Translations under genes and position numbers: made by a program
Virus record (IMG/VR): IMGVR_UViG_3300043419_002186
Span: 21,792-85,791 of that record
Length of the DNA: 64,000 bases
From: a virus
Reading direction: 5' to 3' (one strand)
The notes under the pieces: model-generated
The model's database searches: none
Told to the model about the DNA's origin: nothing
The model's input: the letters and a program-made list of their open reading frames with translations, nothing else
Shown here: positions 1 through 9,271 of the stretch, piece after piece
How positions within the stretch are numbered: the first letter of the stretch is position 1
Layout: each line of letters begins with the position of its first letter

Positions 1-450
1 CAGCAGGGACAGGCGACGTTCGTCATTCCCTCGAACCAGCGTCTGCTGATTCGCCAGTTCCTGCCCATCATCACGCCCGTGGGCGTCGATGGCATCAGCG
101 GCATGAGCAGCTCGCTCGATGCGACGAGCGGCGTGTTCAACGTCGGCGTCCCTGCGGTGGGCGACGTGCTCGCGGGCGGCACCGTGCTCGACCGCGTCCT
201 CGGCAAGGCGCAGAACTGCCGCGTCTCCGTGTCGATGATCTCGTCCACGTTCCAGCTCTTCCCCCAGTACCAGTTCTCGCTGGGTGACCTCATCTCCACG
301 AACTCGCCTGACACGCAGCTCGCGGACATGCCGGGAATCATCCCGCAGGGAACCACCATCGAGATGCTCGCTTCGCTGCAGGACGCGGGCGCTGCTGGCG
401 CGACGACGCAGTACGGCATCGCCATCGTCGGAACCTACATCGCGGTCTAA
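1..450 (+). CDS. Partial (5'-truncated) beta-rich protein, putative single jelly-roll capsid/minor capsid protein; paralog of 475..1098
   Basis: Frame 1 is open from base 1 (QQGQATFVIPSNQRLLIRQF...). C-terminal half aligns with the next ORF (KAQNCR/KAMNAK, FSLGDL/LSLGSL, PGIIP/PLIVP, TQYGIAIVG/TEYGLTCVG). Fold is inferred. Confidence 0.55.
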   Translation, partial: QQGQATFVIPSNQRLLIRQFLPIITPVGVDGISGMSSSLDATSGVFNVGVPAVGDVLAGGTVLDRVLGKAQNCRVSVSMISSTFQLFPQYQFSLGDLISTNSPDTQLADMPGIIPQGTTIEMLASLQDAGAAGATTQYGIAIVGTYIAV

Positions 451-474
451 GCCGCAGCGAACAGGAGCTTCACC

Positions 475-1098
475 GTGGCTATCCTCACTCCCGCACCCCG
501 GAACTTCCAGCAGCGCATCCGCTCGGAGCTGACCGAGGGGCTCGAACTCAGCTACTACGACATCATCCCGTCCATCCTGCACCTGCGCGTGACGCTGGAA
601 GGGACGGGTGCTCGCCCCAACGTCCAAAACCCCGGTAGCGCGAGTGACATCTACCGCGTCGCTGGCGACTACAACTTCCTCATCAGCGAGATTCACGCTC
701 ACGTCGCGATGAACCAGCTCTCGCAGGAGAGCACGGTCGGCGCGACGGGTCTGAACTCGCTCGTTGGCGTGCGCAACCGCACCGCGGTGAAGGCGATGAA
801 CGCGAAGGCGTTCCTCGTCAACCCCGACCGCAACGACCTGCGCTTCGTCGAGACGGACATTCAGAACAGCTCGAACCAGTTCGGTGGCTCGGTGATTTCG
901 CCCCTCTCGCTCGGCTCGCTGATGCCCGAGTGCGGCGGCATGCCGATTCGCATGATCGACAAGGGCTACGTGATGCCCCTCATCGTTCCTGCGAACGAGC
1001 GCATCAAGATGAGCGTCATCCTCCTCGACCCCAACGCGACCCTCGGGCAGACGGAGTATGGTCTGACCTGCGTCGGCGCACTGGTTCGCGCCCGCTAA
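475..1098 (+). CDS. Beta-rich putative jelly-roll virion protein
   Basis: 207 aa, AGGAG RBS upstream, alternating hydrophobic beta pattern, paralogous to the upstream ORF. Confidence 0.55.
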   Translation: MAILTPAPRNFQQRIRSELTEGLELSYYDIIPSILHLRVTLEGTGARPNVQNPGSASDIYRVAGDYNFLISEIHAHVAMNQLSQESTVGATGLNSLVGVRNRTAVKAMNAKAFLVNPDRNDLRFVETDIQNSSNQFGGSVISPLSLGSLMPECGGMPIRMIDKGYVMPLIVPANERIKMSVILLDPNATLGQTEYGLTCVGALVRAR

Positions 1099-1113
1099 AC
1101 AGGGGTCCTCCGC

Positions 1114-2271
1114 ATGTCTTCGTACTCCTTCGGTGACGGAATCCTTCCTCCCATCAAGCGCAAGCCCGCTTCGACGCCTCCTGCGTCGGAGATGGCGCAG
1201 TCGTCCATTGCGCCCGCTCCTCTCGCGGGTCCGATGGATAGCCAGCACGTCGCTGTCCTTGAGGGCGTGGACCATGAGCAGCAGCTCGGGACCGTCATCA
1301 ACCTCGCGCAGAAGCGGGAGCAGAAGACGGCACCGAAGAGCGCCCGAATCGATTCGGCGTTCAAGGAAGTGAAGGCTTCGCTCCCCCGCATGCCCTCCAC
1401 CTTTCAGGTGACCGGCGGCGCGGGAGGAGCCAAGCCGAGCAGCTCGGGAGGAGTGAAACAGCTTTACGCGGAGTCGCAGACGGGAGGAGGCGCTCCTCCC
1501 TGCATGACGGTCTGCGACCTCGTTTACATCATCGAGGCCGCGAAGCGCAGTCGCGCGGTGACGGTGAACTTCCCCTCCACCTCGAAGCTCGGTGTGGCGC
1601 GGGCGCAGACGCAGCTCGCTTGCGTTCCTCGCACGCTGAACGCGGACCAAGCGAAGGCCTTCGCCCCTCGGGCGCAGCAGATGCTCGATGCCATGCGCCC
1701 CTCGGGTCAGGACGTGGCCGAGTGCGTGGCTCGTTACTGCCGCGAGCACGGATGCCCCACGGACGGCGTGAAGGTCGCGACCATCGAGCAGGTCTGCCAG
1801 CTCGTCTTCGCCATCAAGGCGGCGCAGTACGGCCGTTCCTTCAGCATGAGCGTGAACGGCTCGAACGCCACGCTCTCCGCGGAGCAGATGAGGGAGCAGG
1901 GCCCCCGCATCGCCGCCACGCTCAAGGCGATGCTCGACAAGGGGCTCACGACTTCGGACGTGATCGCCGCGTGCGAGAAGAAGTACTGCGAGCAGTACGG
2001 CTGCGCTCCTTCTGCGACGACGACGACGACGGGCGGGGGAACGGGCGCGGGTGCCGGTGCTTCCTGCCCCGAAGGCACGCACTTCGACATGGCGAGCGCC
2101 GAGTGCGTTCCCAACGATGTGCCCGTCGCCAAGGTGGACACGGGGAAGAAGGGGTTCGGCTGGCTCGCGGCTGCTGGTGTCGCCGCGGTCATCGCGAAGA
2201 AGGTTCTGTTCGTGTCCGCGCTCGCTGGAGCGCCCAAGCTGGTCGAACTCGAAGACGAAGACGAGGAGTGA
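1114..2271 (+). CDS. Cys-rich membrane-anchored putative virion protein with two ~90-aa internal repeats
   Basis: Repeats VCDLVYIIEAA...YCREHGCP and VCQLVFAIKAA...YCEQYGCAP; CPEGTHFD...C module; C-terminal hydrophobic segment. Confidence 0.7.
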   Translation: MSSYSFGDGILPPIKRKPASTPPASEMAQSSIAPAPLAGPMDSQHVAVLEGVDHEQQLGTVINLAQKREQKTAPKSARIDSAFKEVKASLPRMPSTFQVTGGAGGAKPSSSGGVKQLYAESQTGGGAPPCMTVCDLVYIIEAAKRSRAVTVNFPSTSKLGVARAQTQLACVPRTLNADQAKAFAPRAQQMLDAMRPSGQDVAECVARYCREHGCPTDGVKVATIEQVCQLVFAIKAAQYGRSFSMSVNGSNATLSAEQMREQGPRIAATLKAMLDKGLTTSDVIAACEKKYCEQYGCAPSATTTTTGGGTGAGAGASCPEGTHFDMASAECVPNDVPVAKVDTGKKGFGWLAAAGVAAVIAKKVLFVSALAGAPKLVELEDEDEE

Positions 2272-2274
2272 AAG

Positions 2275-3255
2275 ATGCGCGCCCCCAAGTACCCGCTCAT
2301 GCCCGCCACGCTGCAGGGCCTCGCTGGACGCCCCATCACGGGAACCACCATCGCTGACGTGGTGCGCGCTCAGAAGGACGCGCTGCTCTACTCGGACAGC
2401 CGCGTGCCTCTGACGGGGCAGTACTACGACAAGTTCCGTGCGACGCAGCAGGTGCGTACCCGCGCTCCCGCGGAGTTCACGAACGCGCAGGTGCGCGGCA
2501 TCAACAACAAGGCGGGTGGCGTGAAGAGCTTCGCCGCCGCGACCTACAGCTACCCGTCGGGGCAGATGGTCATCGGCGCCGCCCTCGCGGGCATGGACGT
2601 GTCCACGCAGACGAGACTTGCGCGCTCGCGTCTCGCGGGCCTCGGTGCTGCCACGTTCGATGATTCCAACATCGACACCTCGCGCATCTCCGCTGGTGTC
2701 CTTGGCTTCGGCGCCGATGAGGAAGATGGCGCCGTCTGTGGCAAGGACTCGGGCAAGGGCGGCTGCGTGCAGGTGAAGGTCAACCGCGTCCGCAAGGCGC
2801 TCGCCGCGGCCGGGAAGGACCCGAACAACGACGCCGCGGTCCTCTACTTCGGCGCGATGCGCTGGGGCACCATCGACTCGCTCACGAAGGCCGTGCAGCA
2901 GTACTGGGACCTCTTCCTCAAGGGAGAGCGGGCCCCGGACAGCAACTACGCAGACCTTCTCGGAGAGGCGAAGAAGATCGCGGAGAAGGCCGACAAGGTC
3001 ATAAGCGACCCGACCGTGCAGAAGGGCATCTCGACCGTCTCTCAGTACACGGGCAGCGGCGTCAGCCCGATGGGCACCTATCGCCCGCTCCCCGGTGCTC
3101 GCTCCATCAGCACCACCGCGGCGCAGGTCTCCGAATCGGTTCGTCGCGCGGCGCTGCCCCCTGAACGAAGCAGTGGCATGGGCATCGGCACCGTCGCCAT
3201 CGGAGCCGCTGTCCTCGTCGGTGGCTTCTTCGCCTACAAGGCCTTCGCGAAGTAG
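2275..3255 (+). CDS. Putative virion protein, C-terminal TM anchor, several LxG motifs
   Basis: LQGLAG, LAGMD, LAGLGA; C-terminus IGTVAIGAAVLVGGFFAYKAFAK. Confidence 0.7.
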   Translation: MRAPKYPLMPATLQGLAGRPITGTTIADVVRAQKDALLYSDSRVPLTGQYYDKFRATQQVRTRAPAEFTNAQVRGINNKAGGVKSFAAATYSYPSGQMVIGAALAGMDVSTQTRLARSRLAGLGAATFDDSNIDTSRISAGVLGFGADEEDGAVCGKDSGKGGCVQVKVNRVRKALAAAGKDPNNDAAVLYFGAMRWGTIDSLTKAVQQYWDLFLKGERAPDSNYADLLGEAKKIAEKADKVISDPTVQKGISTVSQYTGSGVSPMGTYRPLPGARSISTTAAQVSESVRRAALPPERSSGMGIGTVAIGAAVLVGGFFAYKAFAK

Positions 3256-3264
3256 GAGCCCCAA

Positions 3265-4902
3265 GTGCAGATGATGCCGCGACAGCTCGCGGGCCTTGGC
3301 GCAGGTCCCAAGGACGCGCTCAAGCCCGAAGAGCTGCCCAGCGGCATCCTCTTCATCTACCCGCGCTACGTGCTCAAGGTGCTCGGGGACCTCCTCGATG
3401 CACCTGAGTCGCTGGCGCAGATTCAGGCGTGGTCCTACGACCCGCCCGAATGGGTGAAGAAGAAGAACAAGCTCGGTCAGGATTCGTACCGTCTCGCGGC
3501 TTTCCTTCGCACGCGTCTGAACTTCCGAATCCCGAAGAACTGGTTCGACAGTCAAATCGATTCGGACGCTTCGCTCGTCATCGAGGGGAAGCGCAAGTAC
3601 TCGGATGTCTCGACCGAGACGCTGGCCGAGTGGGCGACGAACCCGCCGCCTTGGAGGCCTTGGAACCGCGACAGGGACATCACGGCCGTCGTGATGCCCG
3701 CGATTCTGTGGGCGCAGCGCATCGTCTCCGCTCGCGCTGGCTTCGACATCCCGTTCTTCGTGGACAGCTCCATCGAGGAAATCTCCGACGACTTGGTCCG
3801 TGCAAACGACAAGGACCTTCTCGACTGGGTCGAAGCTCTCTGCAACATGCTCACAAGCTGGGGCATCAGCTCAGCGAATGCAGCGGGCAAAGAGGTTACG
3901 AAGCAGGTCGTCGAGAAGACAGCGACTCAGACGGCGAAAGATGCGGCCCCCGGTCTTTGGGAACAGGCGAAGAAGAAGGCACTTGAAGAGGGGACGAAGG
4001 AAGCCAAGCGCGCCGGAACGGCGCTCATCCGCAAGGGCATCTCCGAGACGGGCGACCTGCTCACGCCCGATGGGGCATCGACCTTCGCGAAGGAGGGTAT
4101 TCAGTCCGCTGAAGCAGGTGTCACTTCTGCAGCGCTCGCCTTTGCCTTCGCCTCGACGCCCATCGGATGGGTCTCTCTCGCTGCCATTGCCGCGGCTCCC
4201 GTCCTCTGCTGGGGAGCGAAGAGCTACGCCCTCAAGCTCATCAAGGACAACCTGCGAGACTGGCATCCCGACTTCGTCCCCACGTTCATCGGCAGCGTGT
4301 ACCAGAAGCGCTTCGGCATCGTCCCCGGCGCGGATGTCATCTCGAACCTCGACCAGCGCTACTCGGCTCTCATCAGCGCGAACAGCATCGCGAAGGCCGT
4401 CGCCTCTCCCGAGAACGACCCCGCGGTCCTCGCCGCGGTGACGAAGCGGCAGAACGAGATTCAGGCCACCATCACGAAGTCGCTCGACTACTTCGGATGC
4501 AAGACGCCGAACCCTGACCGGGTGGCCGCGTTCGCAGACCGCGCCTTCAACAACTTTTGGTCTCCCGAAGAAATCAACCGGCGCGTCTACAACGAGAAGG
4601 CGTGGCTCTGCAGCGCCAGCTCCATCAAGGAGCTGCGCACCATCGTCATGCGGCCTGCCATCTCCTCTGCCGCTGCCCGCATCACGAAGGCCGTTGCGGC
4701 GATGCGCAACAGCATCAAGCCCCCCATCGCTCCCGTGACCCCCTCGGGCAAGCCCCCCGTAGGCCCTGTGCCTCCCGCAGGGCCCGCGAAGGGCGGCATC
4801 GGGCCCGCGCTCGCTCTCGCCACTGGCGGCTTCTTCGTCGGCGGCCCTCCCGGTGCTGGCATCGGATTCGTGCTCGGCCTCATGGCCGGAAAGAAGAAGT
4901 GA
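3265..4902 (+). CDS. Large membrane-associated putative virion protein
   Basis: 545 aa; N-terminal LAGLGA; internal and C-terminal Gly/Ala-rich hydrophobic segments; RBS AGGAG. Confidence 0.7.
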   Translation: MQMMPRQLAGLGAGPKDALKPEELPSGILFIYPRYVLKVLGDLLDAPESLAQIQAWSYDPPEWVKKKNKLGQDSYRLAAFLRTRLNFRIPKNWFDSQIDSDASLVIEGKRKYSDVSTETLAEWATNPPPWRPWNRDRDITAVVMPAILWAQRIVSARAGFDIPFFVDSSIEEISDDLVRANDKDLLDWVEALCNMLTSWGISSANAAGKEVTKQVVEKTATQTAKDAAPGLWEQAKKKALEEGTKEAKRAGTALIRKGISETGDLLTPDGASTFAKEGIQSAEAGVTSAALAFAFASTPIGWVSLAAIAAAPVLCWGAKSYALKLIKDNLRDWHPDFVPTFIGSVYQKRFGIVPGADVISNLDQRYSALISANSIAKAVASPENDPAVLAAVTKRQNEIQATITKSLDYFGCKTPNPDRVAAFADRAFNNFWSPEEINRRVYNEKAWLCSASSIKELRTIVMRPAISSAAARITKAVAAMRNSIKPPIAPVTPSGKPPVGPVPPAGPAKGGIGPALALATGGFFVGGPPGAGIGFVLGLMAGKKK

Positions 4903-5702
4903 TGGGACCGAATCGATTCGCACTTGGATGCTGGGACAAGGACGACGCGCTCGGCTGCACTCCCGAGATGCCGCCACCCGTGCTCGGCAACGCGTTCACC
5001 GACAAGCTCAAGTCCATTCCTCCGAAGGGCTGGCTCGCCATCGGCGGCGCGGCGCTGCTCATCCTGCTCATCGCGAAGCGCAGGACCGTGGCCACTGCCG
5101 CTCAGAGCGTCGCTGAGCGTGCCAAGGAAGCTGCGCAGAGCCTCGTCGGTGCGTTCCTCACCCTCAACGCCATCCGCAAGGCGATGCCGAACGTGAGCCT
5201 CGCCAAGGCGACTTCGCTGCTGCCCGACCTGACGCTCGCGCTGGACGAGGCGAACATCAACACCCCGAAGCGCGTCGCCGCGTTCCTCGCGCAGGTGGGA
5301 CACGAATCAGGCGACTTCCGATACATGGAGGAGCTGGCGAGCGGCGCTGCCTACGAGGGACGCAAGGACCTCGGGAACACGCAGCCCGGGGACGGCAAGC
5401 GTTTCAAGGGCCGTGGTCCCATCCAGCTCACGGGGCGCTCGAACTATCGCGCCTTCACGAACGCCATCGGCAAGAAGTACGGCGTGGACTTCGAGAAGAA
5501 CCCGGAGCTGGTCGCGGACCCCCGCTGGGGCTTCAAGGCGGCGTCGTGGTTCTGGAACTCGAAGAACCTCAACAGCTACGCGGACAGGGGTGACTTCAAC
5601 TCCATCACCTACCGCATCAACGGCGGCTACAACGGGAAGGCCGACCGAGACAAGCGTTATGCTATCGCCTCCGCGGCACTGATGCCGGTGGGCAACGCGT
5701 AA
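4902..5702 (+). CDS. Glycoside hydrolase family 19 (chitinase/lysozyme-like) lytic enzyme with N-terminal TM segment
   Basis: AAFLAQVGHES, FKGRGPIQLTGRSNY, ASWFW, ITYRINGGYNG motifs; start overlaps the upstream stop (TGATG). Confidence 0.9.
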   Translation: MGPNRFALGCWDKDDALGCTPEMPPPVLGNAFTDKLKSIPPKGWLAIGGAALLILLIAKRRTVATAAQSVAERAKEAAQSLVGAFLTLNAIRKAMPNVSLAKATSLLPDLTLALDEANINTPKRVAAFLAQVGHESGDFRYMEELASGAAYEGRKDLGNTQPGDGKRFKGRGPIQLTGRSNYRAFTNAIGKKYGVDFEKNPELVADPRWGFKAASWFWNSKNLNSYADRGDFNSITYRINGGYNGKADRDKRYAIASAALMPVGNA

Positions 5703-5714
5703 CAGGGGAAGAGC

Positions 5715-5921
5715 ATGGCAGCACAGGGGCAACCGAAGGTCCTCCAGACGATGAAGTTCAAGACGTCGCAGGAGGCGCAACAGAAGCTGATGCAGCTCGG
5801 CGCACGGTTCCGCATGAGGGACACCGCCACGGGGGGGCTGCTCTACAAGACACCTGCAGGAGTGGTCCTGCGAGTTCGCCAACCTGACGCAGTCGAGGTA
5901 CTATCGAACTGCGTCTGCTGA
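5715..5921 (+). CDS. Small hypothetical protein
   Basis: 68-aa ORF in operon context with purine-rich RBS. Confidence 0.6.
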   Translation: MAAQGQPKVLQTMKFKTSQEAQQKLMQLGARFRMRDTATGGLLYKTPAGVVLRVRQPDAVEVLSNCVC

Positions 5922-5935
5922 AACAGGAGTGAGTC

Positions 5936-6520
5936 ATGGCCGAAATGATTGCGATGCTGGGTGGTCTCGGAAGCTCGGGGTGCGTGGGCTGCTCGTCGGG
6001 CCGTGCGCTCTCCATCAACGGGGCCCCGATGACCCCTGAGCAGGAGATGCTGGCCGCTCGCGCGGGCACCATCAGCTCCAGCCAGTACAGCCCCCGCCTC
6101 GCGGGCGCGCCCATGACTCCCTCCATCGCCGCCTACATGGCGCGTCGTGGCGAGATGGCTTCCGCGCAGTACAACCCCAACCTCGCTGGTGCCCCCATGA
6201 GCGTCGCAGAAGAGGCCCGCGCTGCGCGGGCGAACGTCATCGTCTCACAGCAGTACAACCCGAACCTCGCGGGCGTGCCGACCACGGCGCTCTCCGTCGC
6301 GGATCAGGTGCGTGCGAAGGCCATCACCAGCGCTCCGTACTACATGAAGCGCAGCGTCAACCCGTACTCGATGCTGACGAAGGGTCAGGCCGGGACGCTG
6401 CAGGGCATGGGCGACTGGTGGTCCTCGCAGTCCACGACCATGAAGGCCGTCTACGCCACCGCGGGCATCGTTGCCGCTTGGTGGGGCGTCCCGAAGCTCG
6501 TTCGCGCGGTGCGAGGCTAG
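5936..6520 (+). CDS. Putative virion protein with 28-aa tandem repeats and C-terminal TM
   Basis: Repeats of (I/L)xG(A/V)P...SxQY(S/N)Px; MLGGLG and LQGMG motifs. Confidence 0.75.
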   Translation: MAEMIAMLGGLGSSGCVGCSSGRALSINGAPMTPEQEMLAARAGTISSSQYSPRLAGAPMTPSIAAYMARRGEMASAQYNPNLAGAPMSVAEEARAARANVIVSQQYNPNLAGVPTTALSVADQVRAKAITSAPYYMKRSVNPYSMLTKGQAGTLQGMGDWWSSQSTTMKAVYATAGIVAAWWGVPKLVRAVRG

Positions 6521-6522
6521 TC

Positions 6523-6768
6523 ATGTACCGACCCCACGACATCATCGCGAGCGGCTCGCACCGCAAGCCGATGGCCATCGAGGTCATGAGCCTCAACGGC
6601 ATGCAGCCGGGGCTCTCGCGTGCTCAGGCCGCGAGCCTCACCGCTGTCACCGTCAACGGCCTCATGGGCCTTGGCGCTGAGCCCGACGAGACGAAGCAGC
6701 CTCTGTGGCCCATCCTCGCTTTCGCCGCTGTCCTCGGCGTCGTCCTTTGGAAGAAGAACCTCTACTGA
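6523..6768 (+). CDS. Small TM protein
   Basis: LNGMQ and VNGLMGLGA motifs; C-terminus LWPILAFAAVLGVVLWKK. Confidence 0.7.
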   Translation: MYRPHDIIASGSHRKPMAIEVMSLNGMQPGLSRAQAASLTAVTVNGLMGLGAEPDETKQPLWPILAFAAVLGVVLWKKNLY

Positions 6769-6778
6769 GGCTGCTGTC

Positions 6779-7039
6779 ATGCCGACCGCGAAGCTGATGG
6801 AGCTGCTGTCTCACCCCATCGCTCTCGACGCCTTCGACTCCCTCTCCAAGGGCTCACACCCTCAGAGCGTTCTCGCGGGCATCGCGTCGGACATGGCAGC
6901 ACTGAAGATTCGTCAGCTCCTCGGCGGCGTCGAGAAGGACGAATCGATTCGCTCGAAGAAGGATGACATCGTGGACGCGGAGTACACCGTCATCGACGTG
7001 ACCCCCGGCGTGAAGCGGCGCACCACGAAGGAGAAGTGA
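6779..7039 (+). CDS. Small hypothetical protein
   Basis: MPTAKLMELL... 86 aa, GAGG RBS, host-like codon usage. Confidence 0.65.
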   Translation: MPTAKLMELLSHPIALDAFDSLSKGSHPQSVLAGIASDMAALKIRQLLGGVEKDESIRSKKDDIVDAEYTVIDVTPGVKRRTTKEK

Positions 7040-7040
7040 C

Positions 7041-7286
7041 ATGCCCTCGAAGAAGAAGTGCAAGTTCGGCCTGAACAAGCGCACGAAGAAGTGCCTCAAG
7101 CACCCGCGCAAGAAGGCCGCTGGCACTCGCAAGAAGGCTGCTGCTCCGAAGAAGCGCCGAAGCGCGGGCACGATGGACTGGCTCACGAAGGGGCGAAAGC
7201 CCGCGCGCGTCACCCGCAGGGGTGGCATGACGATTCGGGAGTACTCTCCCGAGGACTCGATGAAGGCCATCTACGGCGAGTGGTGA
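7041..7286 (+). CDS. Lys/Arg-rich basic (histone-like) protein
   Basis: MPSKKKCKFGLNKRTKKCLKHPRKKAAGTRKKAAAPKKRR. Confidence 0.7.
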   Translation: MPSKKKCKFGLNKRTKKCLKHPRKKAAGTRKKAAAPKKRRSAGTMDWLTKGRKPARVTRRGGMTIREYSPEDSMKAIYGEW

Positions 7287-7299
7287 GAAGGGGACTCTG

Positions 7300-7584
7300 A
7301 TGACTGCGCGGCTCTACTACATCTTCATGGACGGATGCGGTGCCTGTCAGATGGCGAAGCCCGAGCTGAAGAAGTTCGAGCGCGCTCACCCCGAGGTTCA
7401 GGTCGTTCCCGTGAACCTGCTCACGGTCGGGGACAAGTGGAAGCACGACTGGAAGCCGGAAGCGACTCCCACCTACGTGCTCGAAATCCCGGGGCATGAG
7501 CGCACGCGCTACGAGGGCGCGCTCATGGCGAAGCACATCGAGCAGTTCATCCGAAAGTCGAAGCAGATGATCGGAGCCCAGTGA
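7300..7584 (+). CDS. Thioredoxin-fold protein
   Basis: CGAC active-site motif after an N-terminal beta strand; ATPT cis-Pro region. Confidence 0.85.
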   Translation: MTARLYYIFMDGCGACQMAKPELKKFERAHPEVQVVPVNLLTVGDKWKHDWKPEATPTYVLEIPGHERTRYEGALMAKHIEQFIRKSKQMIGAQ

Positions 7585-8927
7585 TGTTCAAGAAGAAGAA
7601 GAGCGCGGGCCTCGCGGGCGTCGAATCGATTGGCGACGACAAGTACTGCGTGGGCGCCAACCCCGACGCCAAGGTCAACATCTCCGCGGCTCGTTGGGCT
7701 CTCGACTTCCTCGAACGTCGCGCGGAAGAGGACCCGTGGTTCAACGGGACGACGCTCATCTTCCACTCGGGGCAGGTGAACTACACGAAGCATCAGCTCG
7801 TCGCTGAGAAGTTCAACACCTTCGGTCCCCGCGTCTCTCTCAACGAGGACGTCGCTCGCGGCATCGCGTGCACGCCCGCGCTGAACCCTGTCGCTGCTTC
7901 GGGCAAGAAGGGCGTCGCACTCACGCAGACGACCCCGTTCATCTACAAGACGCCGCTGCTCGCGGCGAAGTTCATCGAGGTCTGCGGCGAGAACGGCGAG
8001 AAGTGCCGAGGGCACAAGGACCTTGAGAAGCTCCTGCTGCAGCTTCGCTCGAAGGGAGCGCTTCGACCTGAGCACAAGCGCGCTGGCATGAAGGGCTTCT
8101 CCGCTTCCGTCCCCGCGGGCTTCGTCGGCTGCGACCCGAAGAAGCCGGTCAAGAAGCCCTACGCCGTCGGCTTCGGCACGAAGATTCGCGAGCTGGTGCG
8201 TGAGTACGCGGGAGACCCCAACGCGGTTGCCGTGGACCGTCACATCGCCGCTTGGGTCTGCAAGCACTACGGAACGTCGAGCCCCGAAATCAAGCAAGCG
8301 TGCCATGGCGCGTTCGCTGCGATGAGGCTCGAAGACGAGCAGAAGAAGTACGCGGTGGACTCCAAGAAGTGGAAGTCGCTGCAGAGGAAAATCGACAAAA
8401 TCGAGGACAAGACCAGTGCTTCGGTCGGTGCCTACGAGGAGTCGAAGAAGTACTCCATGCTCAAGAGCGTCGTCGCGGACGAGGCCAAGAAGTGCGGCGT
8501 CTCTCCCGCGCTGCTGCAGGTGGGCGCGTGGTTCAAGCAGACCTGCCGCGTCGGCGGGAAGAACGAGATGGTGTGGCTCGGCGCGAAGCGCAAGCTGCGC
8601 GAGGACGAAGACCCCGCGTGCGAGCTGGAGAAGGAAATCGTCGATGCCTGTGCCTCGGACTCGATGATTCACGGCTCCATCGGCTTCTGCGACGCGGACA
8701 GGAAGAAGAAGTTCTGCAACGCGTTCGCCATCCGCAAGGCCAAGATTGCGAAGGGGGAGATTGACCCCGACGCCGTCGGCAAGAAGAAGAGCAGGAGCAG
8801 GAAGGGAGCCAAGAAGGGCTCGAAGAAGGGGAAGGCGCTCAGCGGTCTCTCCTCCTCGGACATGGGCAAGGGCTGCTCCGTCGCCGGTCGCAAGGCTGTC
8901 CTCTCGCTCCTCGACAGGGCCATCTGA
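7581..8927 (+). CDS. Cys/Lys-rich protein with HhH-GPD/DNA-glycosylase-like region
   Basis: AVAVDRHIAAW and GVSPALLQVGAW resemble the VDxH and C-terminal QxxxW motifs of HhH-superfamily phage proteins; GLAGV and LSGLS at the ends. Confidence 0.5.
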   Translation: MMFKKKKSAGLAGVESIGDDKYCVGANPDAKVNISAARWALDFLERRAEEDPWFNGTTLIFHSGQVNYTKHQLVAEKFNTFGPRVSLNEDVARGIACTPALNPVAASGKKGVALTQTTPFIYKTPLLAAKFIEVCGENGEKCRGHKDLEKLLLQLRSKGALRPEHKRAGMKGFSASVPAGFVGCDPKKPVKKPYAVGFGTKIRELVREYAGDPNAVAVDRHIAAWVCKHYGTSSPEIKQACHGAFAAMRLEDEQKKYAVDSKKWKSLQRKIDKIEDKTSASVGAYEESKKYSMLKSVVADEAKKCGVSPALLQVGAWFKQTCRVGGKNEMVWLGAKRKLREDEDPACELEKEIVDACASDSMIHGSIGFCDADRKKKFCNAFAIRKAKIAKGEIDPDAVGKKKSRSRKGAKKGSKKGKALSGLSSSDMGKGCSVAGRKAVLSLLDRAI

Positions 8928-9271
8928 TGAACCTGCTCCAGCTCATCGTCATTGCCGGAATCGCTGCCGCTGGCGCCGTCAACGTCGTCCGCGCCGTCGT
9001 CCCGACGCTGTGGCTGCTGGTCAAGCCGTTCTCCTGCGACCTCTGCATGTCGTGGTGGTCGTCTCTCGCCGTCACCATCGCTTACGCGACGGTGAGCCCC
9101 GTGACAGTGCTGGAAGCCGCCATCGCAGTCCTCGGCGGGACCGCCCTCTCGCTCATTCTCGTCAAGCTCGTTGGAGTTCTGTCCGAGTCCCGAATCGATT
9201 CGCAGGTTGCCGACTTGGCCGTCTCGGCTGATACTGGCACTGCAGAAGAGGAGTCCTCCCATGTTCGGTAA
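8927..9271 (+). CDS. Multi-TM membrane protein with CxxC (DUF1360-like)
   Basis: KPFSCDLCMSWW between hydrophobic helices. Confidence 0.6.
   Translation: MNLLQLIVIAGIAAAGAVNVVRAVVPTLWLLVKPFSCDLCMSWWSSLAVTIAYATVSPVTVLEAAIAVLGGTALSLILVKLVGVLSESRIDSQVADLAVSADTGTAEEESSHVR

Noticed and set aside
4557-4901. Upstream extensions of ORF-track calls (e.g. 4557, 11656, 56880, 61392 starts)
   Set aside because: They overlap neighbouring real genes or lack an RBS. Downstream starts with an SD or translational coupling were used instead.
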